A stretch of 29,790 nucleotides of DNA, taken from Thermodesulfobacteriota bacterium. Lineage in GTDB: Bacteria; Desulfobacterota; Syntrophia; Syntrophales; UBA5619. Below the pieces are notes generated by a model that worked only from the letters and a program-made list of their open reading frames with translations, was not told where the DNA came from and made no database searches. The translations under genes were made by a program, and so were the position numbers. This document shows, piece by piece, positions 1-7,767 of the stretch. How positions within the stretch are numbered: the first letter of the stretch is position 1; the number at the start of each line of letters is the position of its first letter. The DNA lies in NCBI GenBank assembly GCA_040755475.1, contig JBFMBA010000047.1:1-29790 (forward strand). The letters are read 5' to 3'.

Positions 1-421
1 CGAATGCAAGGGCGAAATTGGCCAGCGGCACGGCCAGGGCAATCAGGACAATGACGCTGAACAGGCCGCCCACGGTCCCCGTGTAAAGCGAGATGCCCAG
101 CGCGACGCCGCTTCTTCCCTGCTTGTGGAGCTCGTACCCGTCCAGGACCGTCGCCGCCGATGCCGGGGCGCCCGGCGTCCGGATCAGGATCGCCGTGATG
201 GAGCTGCCGTACATGGCGCCGATGTAAACCCCCGCCAGCATCATCAGGGCGACGGAGGGCGCCATGGTGAAGGTCAGCGGGAGCAGCAGGGCCATGGCGA
301 TGGAGCCCGTGACCCCGGGGAGGGCGCCGCCCAGTATGCCCCACAGGACGCCGAACAGGATGAACAGCAGGCTCATCGGGGAAAAGGCAACGGATGCACC
401 CAGCATGAAATGATCGAGCAT
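1..421 (-). CDS. tctA: Tripartite tricarboxylate transporter large permease TctA (5' part; runs off window start)
   Basis: Not in the ORF track. Manual translation from ATG 421 (RBS GGAGGA upstream) gives MLDHFMLGASVAFSPMSLLFILFGVLWGILGGALPGVTGSIAMALLLPLT...GAMYGSSITAILIRTPGAPASAATVLDGYELHKQG, which carries the TctA motifs GALPG and PGxPASAATxLDG. Lies downstream of tctB/tctC. Confidence 0.93.
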   Translation of the reverse strand, partial: MLDHFMLGASVAFSPMSLLFILFGVLWGILGGALPGVTGSIAMALLLPLTFTMAPSVALMMLAGVYIGAMYGSSITAILIRTPGAPASAATVLDGYELHKQGRSGVALGISLYTGTVGGLFSVIVLIALAVPLANFALAF

Positions 422-437
422 GTCCTCCTCCTGTGGT

Positions 438-944
438 CTAGCTGAAAAAGATGCCCTTCGGCAGGCTGACGCCCAGCGCCGTGGCGAACAGGAGATACAA
501 CGCCGCCGTCAGGCCGACCGAGGCGGCAAGAGTATTCACCCACTTTTCGTATCCCAGCAGCCTGATCAGGAGGATCAGGAAAAGAGGCGTGCTGACGAGA
601 AACCCCAGGATGGTGAGCACCCCCACATACAGGAAAGACATGACGATGGTTCCGTACAGAAACCGGCCGGACACGTCATCGGCGCTGAAGGCGTCTTCCT
701 CCAGCCGTTCCGCACCCTGAACCACCGCCCCCCTCTTTTCTTTTCCGGGTTTGCCCCGGAAGAAGAAACCGGTGGAGATCAGCAGCAGCGACAAAAAGGC
801 GAGCGCGGCGGCAAGCAGCGAGGGGAAGAAGGCGGGCCCCAGGTTGTCGGTCTTGCTGGGCGGCGGAAATTCCCAAGTGGAGAAATAGTAAAAAGCGGAA
901 AAGGCGAGAAGAATGATCCCGATGATGCTGTTGCTCCAGTTCAT
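438..944 (-). CDS. tctB: TctB-family small membrane subunit
   Basis: 168 aa, about 4 hydrophobic segments, LGPAFFP motif and C-terminal LF...LGVSLPKG; sits between tctC and tctA. Confidence 0.88.
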   Translation of the reverse strand: MNWSNSIIGIILLAFSAFYYFSTWEFPPPSKTDNLGPAFFPSLLAAALAFLSLLLISTGFFFRGKPGKEKRGAVVQGAERLEEDAFSADDVSGRFLYGTIVMSFLYVGVLTILGFLVSTPLFLILLIRLLGYEKWVNTLAASVGLTAALYLLFATALGVSLPKGIFFS

Positions 945-964
945 AGACGTTCTCCCTGGTTCGG

Positions 965-1000
965 CGGACGGGGAGGGAATGCTGCTCCCTTCCCCGTCCG
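965..1000 (-). other. GC-rich stem-loop between tctC and tctB
   Basis: CGGACGGGGA-GGGA / TCCC-T-TCCCCGTCCG, about 14 bp with one bulge; no U-tract on the coding strand. Confidence 0.6.
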
Positions 1001-1013
1001 GGTTGCATCGCGC

Positions 1014-1994
1014 TTATTTCTTCTCCTTGTACTCCTTCAGAAGCCCTATCTCTTTCAGATAAGCGGTAAGACGCGAGTTTTCCTTCTCGACGTTGGCCGT
1101 ATACTCCTTGCTCCCCAGAAAAGAGGGGATCAGGTTGACCGATTCATAGTATTTCTTGTACTTGGCATCCTTGAGCACCTGCTGGATCTTCGTCTCCCAC
1201 CAGGTGAGCACCTCGGCGGGAAGTCCCTTGGGGCCCACGATGCCGCGAAACTTTTCCACCACCACATTCTGGCCCAGCTCCTTCATGGTGGGCACATCGG
1301 GGAGCATCTCCAGCCGTTTGTCCGTGAAACAGGCCAGTATCCTCACCTTCTTTCCCTCGACCTGGCCCATCACCTCGCCCGGCTCTCCCAGCCCCAGATC
1401 CACATGCCCGCCGAGAACGGCCACCAGCAGGTCCCCGCCCCCCTCGAAGGTCACGGGAACGACGTCGATCTTGGCCACCTTCTGGATCTGATGGCCGATC
1501 ATGTGCTCGATGGAACCGGGGGTAGCCCCGCCCCAGCGCTGCTTGCCGGGATTCTTCTTCGCATCGTCGATGATATCCTTCGCGCTCTTGAAGCGGCTGT
1601 CGTATTTCACGTAAAGGATCATCGGGTCGATAAAGACGCGGGACACGGCCGTCGTGTCGCGGTAGCTGCGGGCGGTCTTACCCAGGAGCGGGGTCACCAG
1701 GTAGGTGGGTGTGACCCCCAGGAGCGTGTGGCCGTCGGGTTTGGACGTCACGACCGCGTTGAGCGCGATTGCGCCGCCGCCTCCCGCCCGGTTCTCGACG
1801 ACGAGCGAAGCCCCGCCGAGGTAGGGCTCCATGTGCTTGGTCAGGTTGCGAAGAAAGATGTCTCCCCCCGCACCGGGGCTGGAGTGTGTGATCAGGACGA
1901 CCGGTTTCGTGGGATAGGCCGCCATCGCCATGCCCGTCATCAGCGCAAATGCCGTCAAGATGGAAATAAATAGAACGCGGTTCTTCTGCATCAT
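1014..1994 (-). CDS. tctC: TctC/Bug-family periplasmic substrate-binding protein
   Basis: YPTKPV..., PGAGGD, VENRAGGGG and VTFEGGG motifs; signal peptide ending AMA-A. Start moved to ATG 1994 because AAGGAGG is correctly spaced for it. Confidence 0.92.
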   Translation of the reverse strand: MMQKNRVLFISILTAFALMTGMAMAAYPTKPVVLITHSSPGAGGDIFLRNLTKHMEPYLGGASLVVENRAGGGGAIALNAVVTSKPDGHTLLGVTPTYLVTPLLGKTARSYRDTTAVSRVFIDPMILYVKYDSRFKSAKDIIDDAKKNPGKQRWGGATPGSIEHMIGHQIQKVAKIDVVPVTFEGGGDLLVAVLGGHVDLGLGEPGEVMGQVEGKKVRILACFTDKRLEMLPDVPTMKELGQNVVVEKFRGIVGPKGLPAEVLTWWETKIQQVLKDAKYKKYYESVNLIPSFLGSKEYTANVEKENSRLTAYLKEIGLLKEYKEKK

Positions 1995-2070
1995 GCCCAT
2001 TCCCTCCTTCTGTCGATGTGAGTCACCAGATCGGTAGAAAACCACCATGGCGCCAGATACCTTTCCGTTC

Positions 2071-2084
2071 TGTTTTCGAAAACA
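2071..2084. promoter_or_regulatory. Perfect 14-bp palindrome TGTTTTCGAAAACA upstream of tctC, possible TF site
   Basis: Exact inverted repeat in the 210-bp gap between the CoA transferase and tctC. Confidence 0.4.
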
Positions 2085-2204
2085 CCTCCCTTCCGGTCAC
2101 AAATCCCGATTTCAGTCACTCCGGGCACATTGCCCGAATCTTGCGTCTTGCCTTGGCGTTTCGGATACCCCGCGGCCCGCGGCGGGATCCCTCCTTCGAC
2201 GCCG

Positions 2205-3401
2205 TCAGATAATCTTCTTTTCCCTGTAATTGTCAATCGTTTCTTTCGAATATCCCAGCATACCCGAGAGAATGGCTTCCGAGTGTTCGCCCAGCAGCGG
2301 CGGGGGGGCGTAGACGGGCGCGTCGACCCCCGACATCCGGATCGGGTTTCCCACGTCCTTGAGTGTGCCCGTGTGCGGCGAGGAGATCTCCACGACCATG
2401 TTCCGGGAAAGAATCTGCGGGTCCGCGAAGACCTTGTCCAGGGTGTTGATGGGGCCGGCCGGCACCTCGGTGACATCGAACAGCGCCTGCCATTCGTCGG
2501 TCGTTTTCTGCAGAAACGCCTCCTCCAGCAGGGCGTCCAGTTCATCCCTGTTGGTGAGACGGTTCTGGCGGGAGTTGAAGCGCGGGTCGTCGGCCAGGCG
2601 GTCCAGTCCCAGCACATGGCAGAGGTTTCTCCAGAAATGGTCCATGAACGCCTCGATGACGATGTACGTGTCCTGGGTTTTATAGGCGCGCAGCGGCACG
2701 CTGCTCACGTGGGCGGTGCCCACGGGCTGCGGCACCTCGCCCGCGACGAAGTAGTATTTTGCCCGGTAGGTGTGGAGCGCGGCCATCACGTCGAGCATGG
2801 ATATGTCCACCACCCGCCCCTCCCCGGTCGCGACGCGCGACAGCAGGGCGGCCAGAATGCCCACGACGGCCTGTATCGAGGCGCCCAGATCGCCGTACGG
2901 GATCCCGCAGCGGGCCGGCGGCCGCTCCGGCTCGCCCGTGTAACTCATGACGCCCCCCACGGCCTGAATGATGATATCGTAGGCGGGCCGGTCGCGGTAA
3001 GGCCCGTCCAGGCCGTATCCCGTAATCGCCGCCCAGACGATCCCCGGATTGATCGCCTTGAGCGTCTCGTAACCGAGCCCCAGTTTTTCCATCGTCCCGG
3101 GGGCGAAATTGTTCACGACCACATCCGCCTTTTTTGTCAGCTTGTAGAAGATCTCCTTCCCTTCGGGCGATTTGAGATCCAGGGTGAGGCTCTTCTTATT
3201 GCGGTTGAGCGACAGGAAGTAGGCGCTCATTTTCTTCTCCCCGATGAAATGGGGCGGCATTCGACGCGTCTGATCCCCCACGTCGGGACGTTCTATCTTA
3301 ATGACCTCTGCGCCCAGATCACCGAGGATCTGGGTGCAGTAAGGCCCCGACATCACATGGGTCAAATCCAGCACCATGTACCCTTCCAGCGGCAAACCCA
3401 T
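2205..3401 (-). CDS. Family III CoA-transferase (CaiB/BaiF)
   Basis: LDLTHVMSGPYCTQILGDLGAEVIKIERP, NRNKKSLTLDLK, GYGLDGPY and YDIIIQAVGG motifs. AAGGAGGA lies 6 nt before ATG 3401. Confidence 0.93.
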   Translation of the reverse strand: MGLPLEGYMVLDLTHVMSGPYCTQILGDLGAEVIKIERPDVGDQTRRMPPHFIGEKKMSAYFLSLNRNKKSLTLDLKSPEGKEIFYKLTKKADVVVNNFAPGTMEKLGLGYETLKAINPGIVWAAITGYGLDGPYRDRPAYDIIIQAVGGVMSYTGEPERPPARCGIPYGDLGASIQAVVGILAALLSRVATGEGRVVDISMLDVMAALHTYRAKYYFVAGEVPQPVGTAHVSSVPLRAYKTQDTYIVIEAFMDHFWRNLCHVLGLDRLADDPRFNSRQNRLTNRDELDALLEEAFLQKTTDEWQALFDVTEVPAGPINTLDKVFADPQILSRNMVVEISSPHTGTLKDVGNPIRMSGVDAPVYAPPPLLGEHSEAILSGMLGYSKETIDNYREKKII

Positions 3402-3504
3402 ATTCATTCCTCCTTACATGACTCGCACCATATGTCTGTTTCAAGCGGGCGGCGCCGCAAAATTCAGAAGCCCTTGCCTTTGGCGGGGGATGGAGGGGTG
3501 GGGG

Positions 3505-3601
3505 CCCCAACGCACCCCGCCCGGGGGCAGGACTTCATCACCGCTCCCGGGCGCGCCAAAGTGAACGCGTCATGACCGGGGACGCGTCCCCAACGCCCCC
3601 C
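3505..3601. repeat. GC-rich palindromic intergenic units (GGGGACGCGTCCCC at 3578-3591; CCCCAACGCnCCCC twice)
   Basis: Perfect 14-bp palindrome; CCCCAACGCACCCC at 3505-3518 and CCCCAACGCCCCCC at 3588-3601. Confidence 0.5.
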
Positions 3602-3620
3602 CTTGGCCGGATCGGCCGTC

Positions 3621-5171
3621 TCACAGGGGCATGTTGGCATGTTTTCTCTCCACCCTGGCGACCCGTTTGTTCCTCAGGATCCGGAGCACGCTGATGATCT
3701 TGGACCGCGTTTCCCTGGGGTCGATGATGTCGTCCACATACATCTTCCGCGCCGATTCGAAGGGGCCGTCGAAAATGTCCCGGTACTCCTGGATCAACCG
3801 GCGGCGCGTCCCTTCGGGATCATCCGATTCCTCGATTTCCTGGCGGCAGATCACGTTCACGGCGCCCTCCGCGCCCATGACGGCCAGCTCCGCGCCGGGC
3901 CAGGCCAGAACGCAGTCGGTCCCCATGGGCTTGCTGCACATGGCCTGTTTCCCGCCGCCGTAGTCCTTGCGGCAGATGACCGTGATTTTCGGAACCGTGG
4001 CTTCCGCGTAGGCAAAAAGCATCTTGGCGCCGTGGCGGATGATCCCCTTGTATTCCTGGTCGACGCCGGGAAGGTAGCCCGGCACATCCACGAAGGTGAG
4101 GATGGGAATGTTGAAAGCGTCGCAGAAGCGGATGAACCGGGATCCCTTGTCCGATGCGTCCACATCGAGCGTCCCGCCCAGATGGGACGGCTGGTTGGCG
4201 ATCACTCCCACGCTCCGGCCGTCCATGCGGCCGAATCCCGTGAGGATGTTCCTGGCGAAACGGGCCTTTATTTCAAAAAAATGGCCCTCATCCAGGACAC
4301 AGTGCAGGATCTTCCTCATGTCATAGGCTTTCCTGGTGTCCGACGGCATGATGGAGAGCAGCGGCTCGCATCCCCTGCCCGGGTCATCCCGCGGATCGCA
4401 CCTCGGCGCGGACCCCTGACAGCTGTCCGGCAAATAGTCAAGAAGTTCCCTGACGAGGCGCAGGGCGTCCGCCTCGTCGGCGCCAACCATGTCGCACACC
4501 CCGCTCTTTTCGGCATGCACCCTGGATCCGCCGAGCGCTTCGACGGAGATGTCTTCATGGGTTACCGATTTGATCACGCCGGGTCCCGTGATGAAAAGCT
4601 GGCTCTTTTCCTTGACCATGACCACAAAATCCATGAGGGCCGAGCTGTAGGCGATGCCGCCGGCGCAGGTCCCCAGGATGACCGATATGGAAGGAATGAC
4701 GCCCGAGGCCTGGGTCAGCGCATAAAAAATGCTGTCGAAGCCCACGTTCTTGTTTCCCTCCTGGATGCGGGCGCCCACCGAATCCTGCAGGGCGATGAGC
4801 GGCACTTGCAGCTCACAGCACTTTTTGATGAGGTGGGTGATCTTGGCCGCCTGGACGTTTCCCAGCGACCCCCCCTGGACGGTCTTGTCGTGGGCGTACA
4901 GTCCGACCGTTCTGCCGGCCACCGTCGCAAAGCCGGTGACGACGCCGTCCCGCGGCATGTATGGGGGATCGGGCCCGAATTCGGCCGGCTGGGGGCCCGC
5001 GAAAGCGTACCATTCCACGAATGTGCCGGAATCCGCCAGCAGGGCGATCCGCTCGTCGCAGGTCAGGTAGCCTTTTTCCTTCAGCTTTCGGATTTTATCC
5101 CGGCCTCCGCCCAGCGCGGCCCTTTCCCTCAGATCATCCAGTTTCTTCAACGCCTGTTCCATGCCGTTCAT
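3621..5171 (-). CDS. Acyl-CoA carboxylase/decarboxylase carboxyltransferase subunit (PccB/MmdA-like)
   Basis: 516 aa from MNGMEQ; motifs DGVVTG, GGSLG, DSVGARIQEG, CAGGIAYS, GPGVI, ANQP, DVPGYLPG and RKDYGGG. The ORF-track extension to 5519 overlaps gntR and is spurious. Confidence 0.92.
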   Translation of the reverse strand: MNGMEQALKKLDDLRERAALGGGRDKIRKLKEKGYLTCDERIALLADSGTFVEWYAFAGPQPAEFGPDPPYMPRDGVVTGFATVAGRTVGLYAHDKTVQGGSLGNVQAAKITHLIKKCCELQVPLIALQDSVGARIQEGNKNVGFDSIFYALTQASGVIPSISVILGTCAGGIAYSSALMDFVVMVKEKSQLFITGPGVIKSVTHEDISVEALGGSRVHAEKSGVCDMVGADEADALRLVRELLDYLPDSCQGSAPRCDPRDDPGRGCEPLLSIMPSDTRKAYDMRKILHCVLDEGHFFEIKARFARNILTGFGRMDGRSVGVIANQPSHLGGTLDVDASDKGSRFIRFCDAFNIPILTFVDVPGYLPGVDQEYKGIIRHGAKMLFAYAEATVPKITVICRKDYGGGKQAMCSKPMGTDCVLAWPGAELAVMGAEGAVNVICRQEIEESDDPEGTRRRLIQEYRDIFDGPFESARKMYVDDIIDPRETRSKIISVLRILRNKRVARVERKHANMPL

Positions 5172-5185
5172 GATGACATCCTTTT

Positions 5186-5875
5186 TTACAGCGGGGTCTT
5201 CTTGGCCATGATGGCGCGCAGCAGGGCCTTCTTGGCTTCGAGCGTGTGATTTCTCATGACGGTGGCGGCCCTCCGGCAGTCCCTGGACTTGACCGCCTCC
5301 AGGATTTTCCTGTGTCTTTGCAGGGACAGGCGCAGTTGACCCGGAAGGGAGAGCGATATGCGCCTGAAGAGCGACATCTGCTTGCAGACCCCCTCGTAGA
5401 TGGACAGCAGGTGGGTATTGCCCGACACCTCGACGATGGCGGCGTGAAAGGCGATGTTGGCCCGGTAGTAGGCGTCCGTGTCCTCCGTCTCGACACAGGC
5501 GGCCATCTCCCGGATCCACCCGTCCAGGATGAGCAGGTGCGCCTCGCCGATCCGCTCGGCCGCCCGCTCGCCTGCGAGCACATCGAGCGCCGCACGAATG
5601 TCGTAAAGATCCTCTACGTCCCGGATCTGGAGTTCCCGGACAAACATGCCCCGGTTGGCGCGGATCTCCAGGATGCCGCTGCTGGCCAGCAGGCGCAGCG
5701 CCTCCCGGATGGGCGCCCGGCTGACGCCCAGGAGTTGGGAGAGCCGGCTTTCATTGATCCGTTCCCCGGGCTGGATCTTGCCGGCAAGGATCATCCCCTC
5801 GAGCTGCCGGAAGATGATCTCCACCAGGGACCGGTTCTGGAATGCCTGAATTTCATTCAGATCGAATTCGCCCAT
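5186..5875 (-). CDS. GntR-family regulator with FCD domain
   Basis: wHTH PGERINESRLSQLLGVSRAPIREAL; FCD segment NIAFHAAIVEVSGN...H..I..A. It ends 14 bp before the carboxyltransferase. Confidence 0.93.
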   Translation of the reverse strand: MGEFDLNEIQAFQNRSLVEIIFRQLEGMILAGKIQPGERINESRLSQLLGVSRAPIREALRLLASSGILEIRANRGMFVRELQIRDVEDLYDIRAALDVLAGERAAERIGEAHLLILDGWIREMAACVETEDTDAYYRANIAFHAAIVEVSGNTHLLSIYEGVCKQMSLFRRISLSLPGQLRLSLQRHRKILEAVKSRDCRRAATVMRNHTLEAKKALLRAIMAKKTPL

Positions 5876-5909
5876 GCGCCTGCCCGGATCAACCAGGGAA
5901 ATGTATTTC

Positions 5910-5931
5910 TGTAGTCTGTCGACAGACTACA
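5910..5931. promoter_or_regulatory. Perfect 22-bp palindrome TGTAGTCTGTCGACAGACTACA, probable GntR operator
   Basis: Exact inverted repeat 35 bp upstream of the gntR ATG, overlapping the predicted -10. Confidence 0.75.
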
Positions 5932-5952
5932 ATACTCCCTGCAGTCTGTCCA
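5924..5952 (-). promoter_or_regulatory. sigma70-type promoter for the gntR operon
   Basis: TGGACA-17 bp-TAGTCT on the minus strand. Confidence 0.6.
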
Positions 5953-5993
5953 GCATTATCTTGCCAGAGAGAAAAGACCAGAGAAAAAAGAGC

Positions 5994-6022
5994 TTGACAT
6001 ACGAGCCCCCCTCCCTCAAACT
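5994..6022 (+). promoter_or_regulatory. sigma70-type promoter for the TRAP operon
   Basis: TTGACA-17 bp-CAAACT (weak -10). Confidence 0.5.
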
Positions 6023-6086
6023 ACGCCCGCATCAGAGCAGGTCCTCATCCATCAAAGGCACAACACTGGTAACAAAAGGAGGGAGT

Positions 6087-7157
6087 ATGACGTTCCGAAC
6101 GCTGTTGAAAGTGCTCGTAGTCGTGGTTTTGGCCGCTCACGGTACTTCGGCCATGGCGCAGGAGGCCATCCGCCTGCGGATCGCTTCGGGTCATCCGCCT
6201 GCGAATACCTATGTCAGGCTGATGCAGGACTTCTTCGTGCCCGAGGTCACCAAGCGTGTCGCAGCCAAGACAAAATACAAGGTGGAATTCGTGGAAGGCT
6301 ACGGCGGCGCGATGGTGAAGGTCGCCGACACGCTTGAAGGCGTGCAGTCCGGCATCATCGACATCGGCGGCTACAACTTCGGCTTCGAACCGTCCAACCT
6401 GCCGCTGCACCCATTCCAGATCATGCTGCCCTTCGGCACCATGGATCCCGTCATGAGCCTGAAGATCGCACGCACCGTGTTCGACAAGGTGCCTTACCTG
6501 TCCAAAGTGCTGGAGGACAGGTTCAAGCAGAAGGTGATCGCGCTGATTGCCGACAACGGCTACAACCTCGGCACCAATTTCGAATGGAATTCCGTCAAGG
6601 ACCTCAAGGGTCAGAAGATCGCCGGCGCCGGCCTCAATCTGAAATGGCTGGAATTCGCCGGTGCGACGCCGGTGCAGTCCTCTCTCCCCGAGTCCTACAC
6701 CTCGATGAAGACCGGCGTCTACAACGGCTGGATCATGTTCCCGTCGGGCTGGGTCAACTTCAAACTCTACGAAGTCGGCAAATACTATACCGAGATCGGC
6801 TTCGGTGCGATCACCTGGCACGGTCTGACCATGAACCTGGACCGTTGGAACAAGCTGCCGAAGGACGTGCAGAACATCATCCTCGCAGTCGCCCGCGAAT
6901 ACGAACTGATGACCGGAACCGTGAACAAGGAGGACTACCCGAAGCAGCTCGCCGAGATCAAGGCAAAAGGCGGCATCGTGCGGGTGCTGCCTGAGAAGGT
7001 CCGTCTGGAATGGGCGCAGTCGCTCGCCAAGTGGCCGGCCCAGATCGCAAAGGAGCTTGATGCCAAGGGGCTGCCGGCAACGCAGGTACTGGAAACCACG
7101 CTGCAGGCCGCCGAGGACAACGGCTACAAATGGCCGGTACGCTACAAGGTCAAGTAG
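6087..7157 (+). CDS. dctP: TRAP transporter substrate-binding protein (DctP family)
   Basis: Signal peptide (AMA-Q), LRIASGHP, DLKGQKI and ESYTSMKTGVYNG motifs. RBS AAGGAGGG precedes ATG 6087. Confidence 0.9.
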   Translation: MTFRTLLKVLVVVVLAAHGTSAMAQEAIRLRIASGHPPANTYVRLMQDFFVPEVTKRVAAKTKYKVEFVEGYGGAMVKVADTLEGVQSGIIDIGGYNFGFEPSNLPLHPFQIMLPFGTMDPVMSLKIARTVFDKVPYLSKVLEDRFKQKVIALIADNGYNLGTNFEWNSVKDLKGQKIAGAGLNLKWLEFAGATPVQSSLPESYTSMKTGVYNGWIMFPSGWVNFKLYEVGKYYTEIGFGAITWHGLTMNLDRWNKLPKDVQNIILAVAREYELMTGTVNKEDYPKQLAEIKAKGGIVRVLPEKVRLEWAQSLAKWPAQIAKELDAKGLPATQVLETTLQAAEDNGYKWPVRYKVK

Positions 7158-7175
7158 CGGTGATGAGAAGCAGGC

Positions 7176-7207
7176 GGGCGGCCGGCGTCAACGGCCGCCC
7201 TATTTTT
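7176..7207 (+). terminator. Intrinsic terminator-like hairpin between dctP and dctQ
   Basis: GGGCGGCCG-(7 nt)-CGGCCGCCC followed by TATTTTT. Confidence 0.65.
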
Positions 7208-7230
7208 ATGTCGCGCAGTGAGGGTTGCCC

Positions 7231-7755
7231 ATGATTCAAAAGATCAATGCCTGGGTCGTGCGCATGCTGCTGCTCGCGGCGGCGGTGCTCATTCTCCTGA
7301 TCGCGTTCCTGGTCTGCGCCGACGTCATCGGACGAACCGTCTTCAACTCGCCGGTCAGGGGCACACCCGAGATCGTGTCGATGTCGATCGTGATCATCTG
7401 TTTCCTGCTTGCAGGCTACGCCGTGCACAGCAGAGGCATGATCTACACCAGCGTCCTGACGGGACATTTCGGAAATCGTGGCCACGCCTTCGGGCAACTG
7501 GCATCTGCCCTGCTCGGCATTCTGTTTTTCGGGCTGATCGTCTGGGGCAGCGCCGAGCCCACGCTGCATGCCATCGCCAGCGGCGAATACGAAGGCGAAG
7601 GCGCGCTGCGGGTGCCTGCATGGCCGGCGCGCGTCATCGTGCTGATCGGCTCGGCGCTCGTCGTCTTTACCTATCTGATAATCGGGACTGCCGCCGCCGG
7701 TCGGCTGGTGACCGGCCGGGCCGAACCCGATCCGCAGACGCAAACCCCTCTGTGA
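7231..7755 (+). CDS. dctQ: TRAP small permease (DctQ)
   Basis: About 4 TM segments, DVIGRTVFNSPVRGTPEI, and C-terminal VPAWPARV. Confidence 0.9.
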   Translation: MIQKINAWVVRMLLLAAAVLILLIAFLVCADVIGRTVFNSPVRGTPEIVSMSIVIICFLLAGYAVHSRGMIYTSVLTGHFGNRGHAFGQLASALLGILFFGLIVWGSAEPTLHAIASGEYEGEGALRVPAWPARVIVLIGSALVVFTYLIIGTAAAGRLVTGRAEPDPQTQTPL

Positions 7756-7767
7756 GAAGGCTGCCCC

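Noticed and set aside
3485-3527. G-quadruplex
   Set aside because: The fourth G-tract is distant and the competing C-rich hairpins are likely to dominate.
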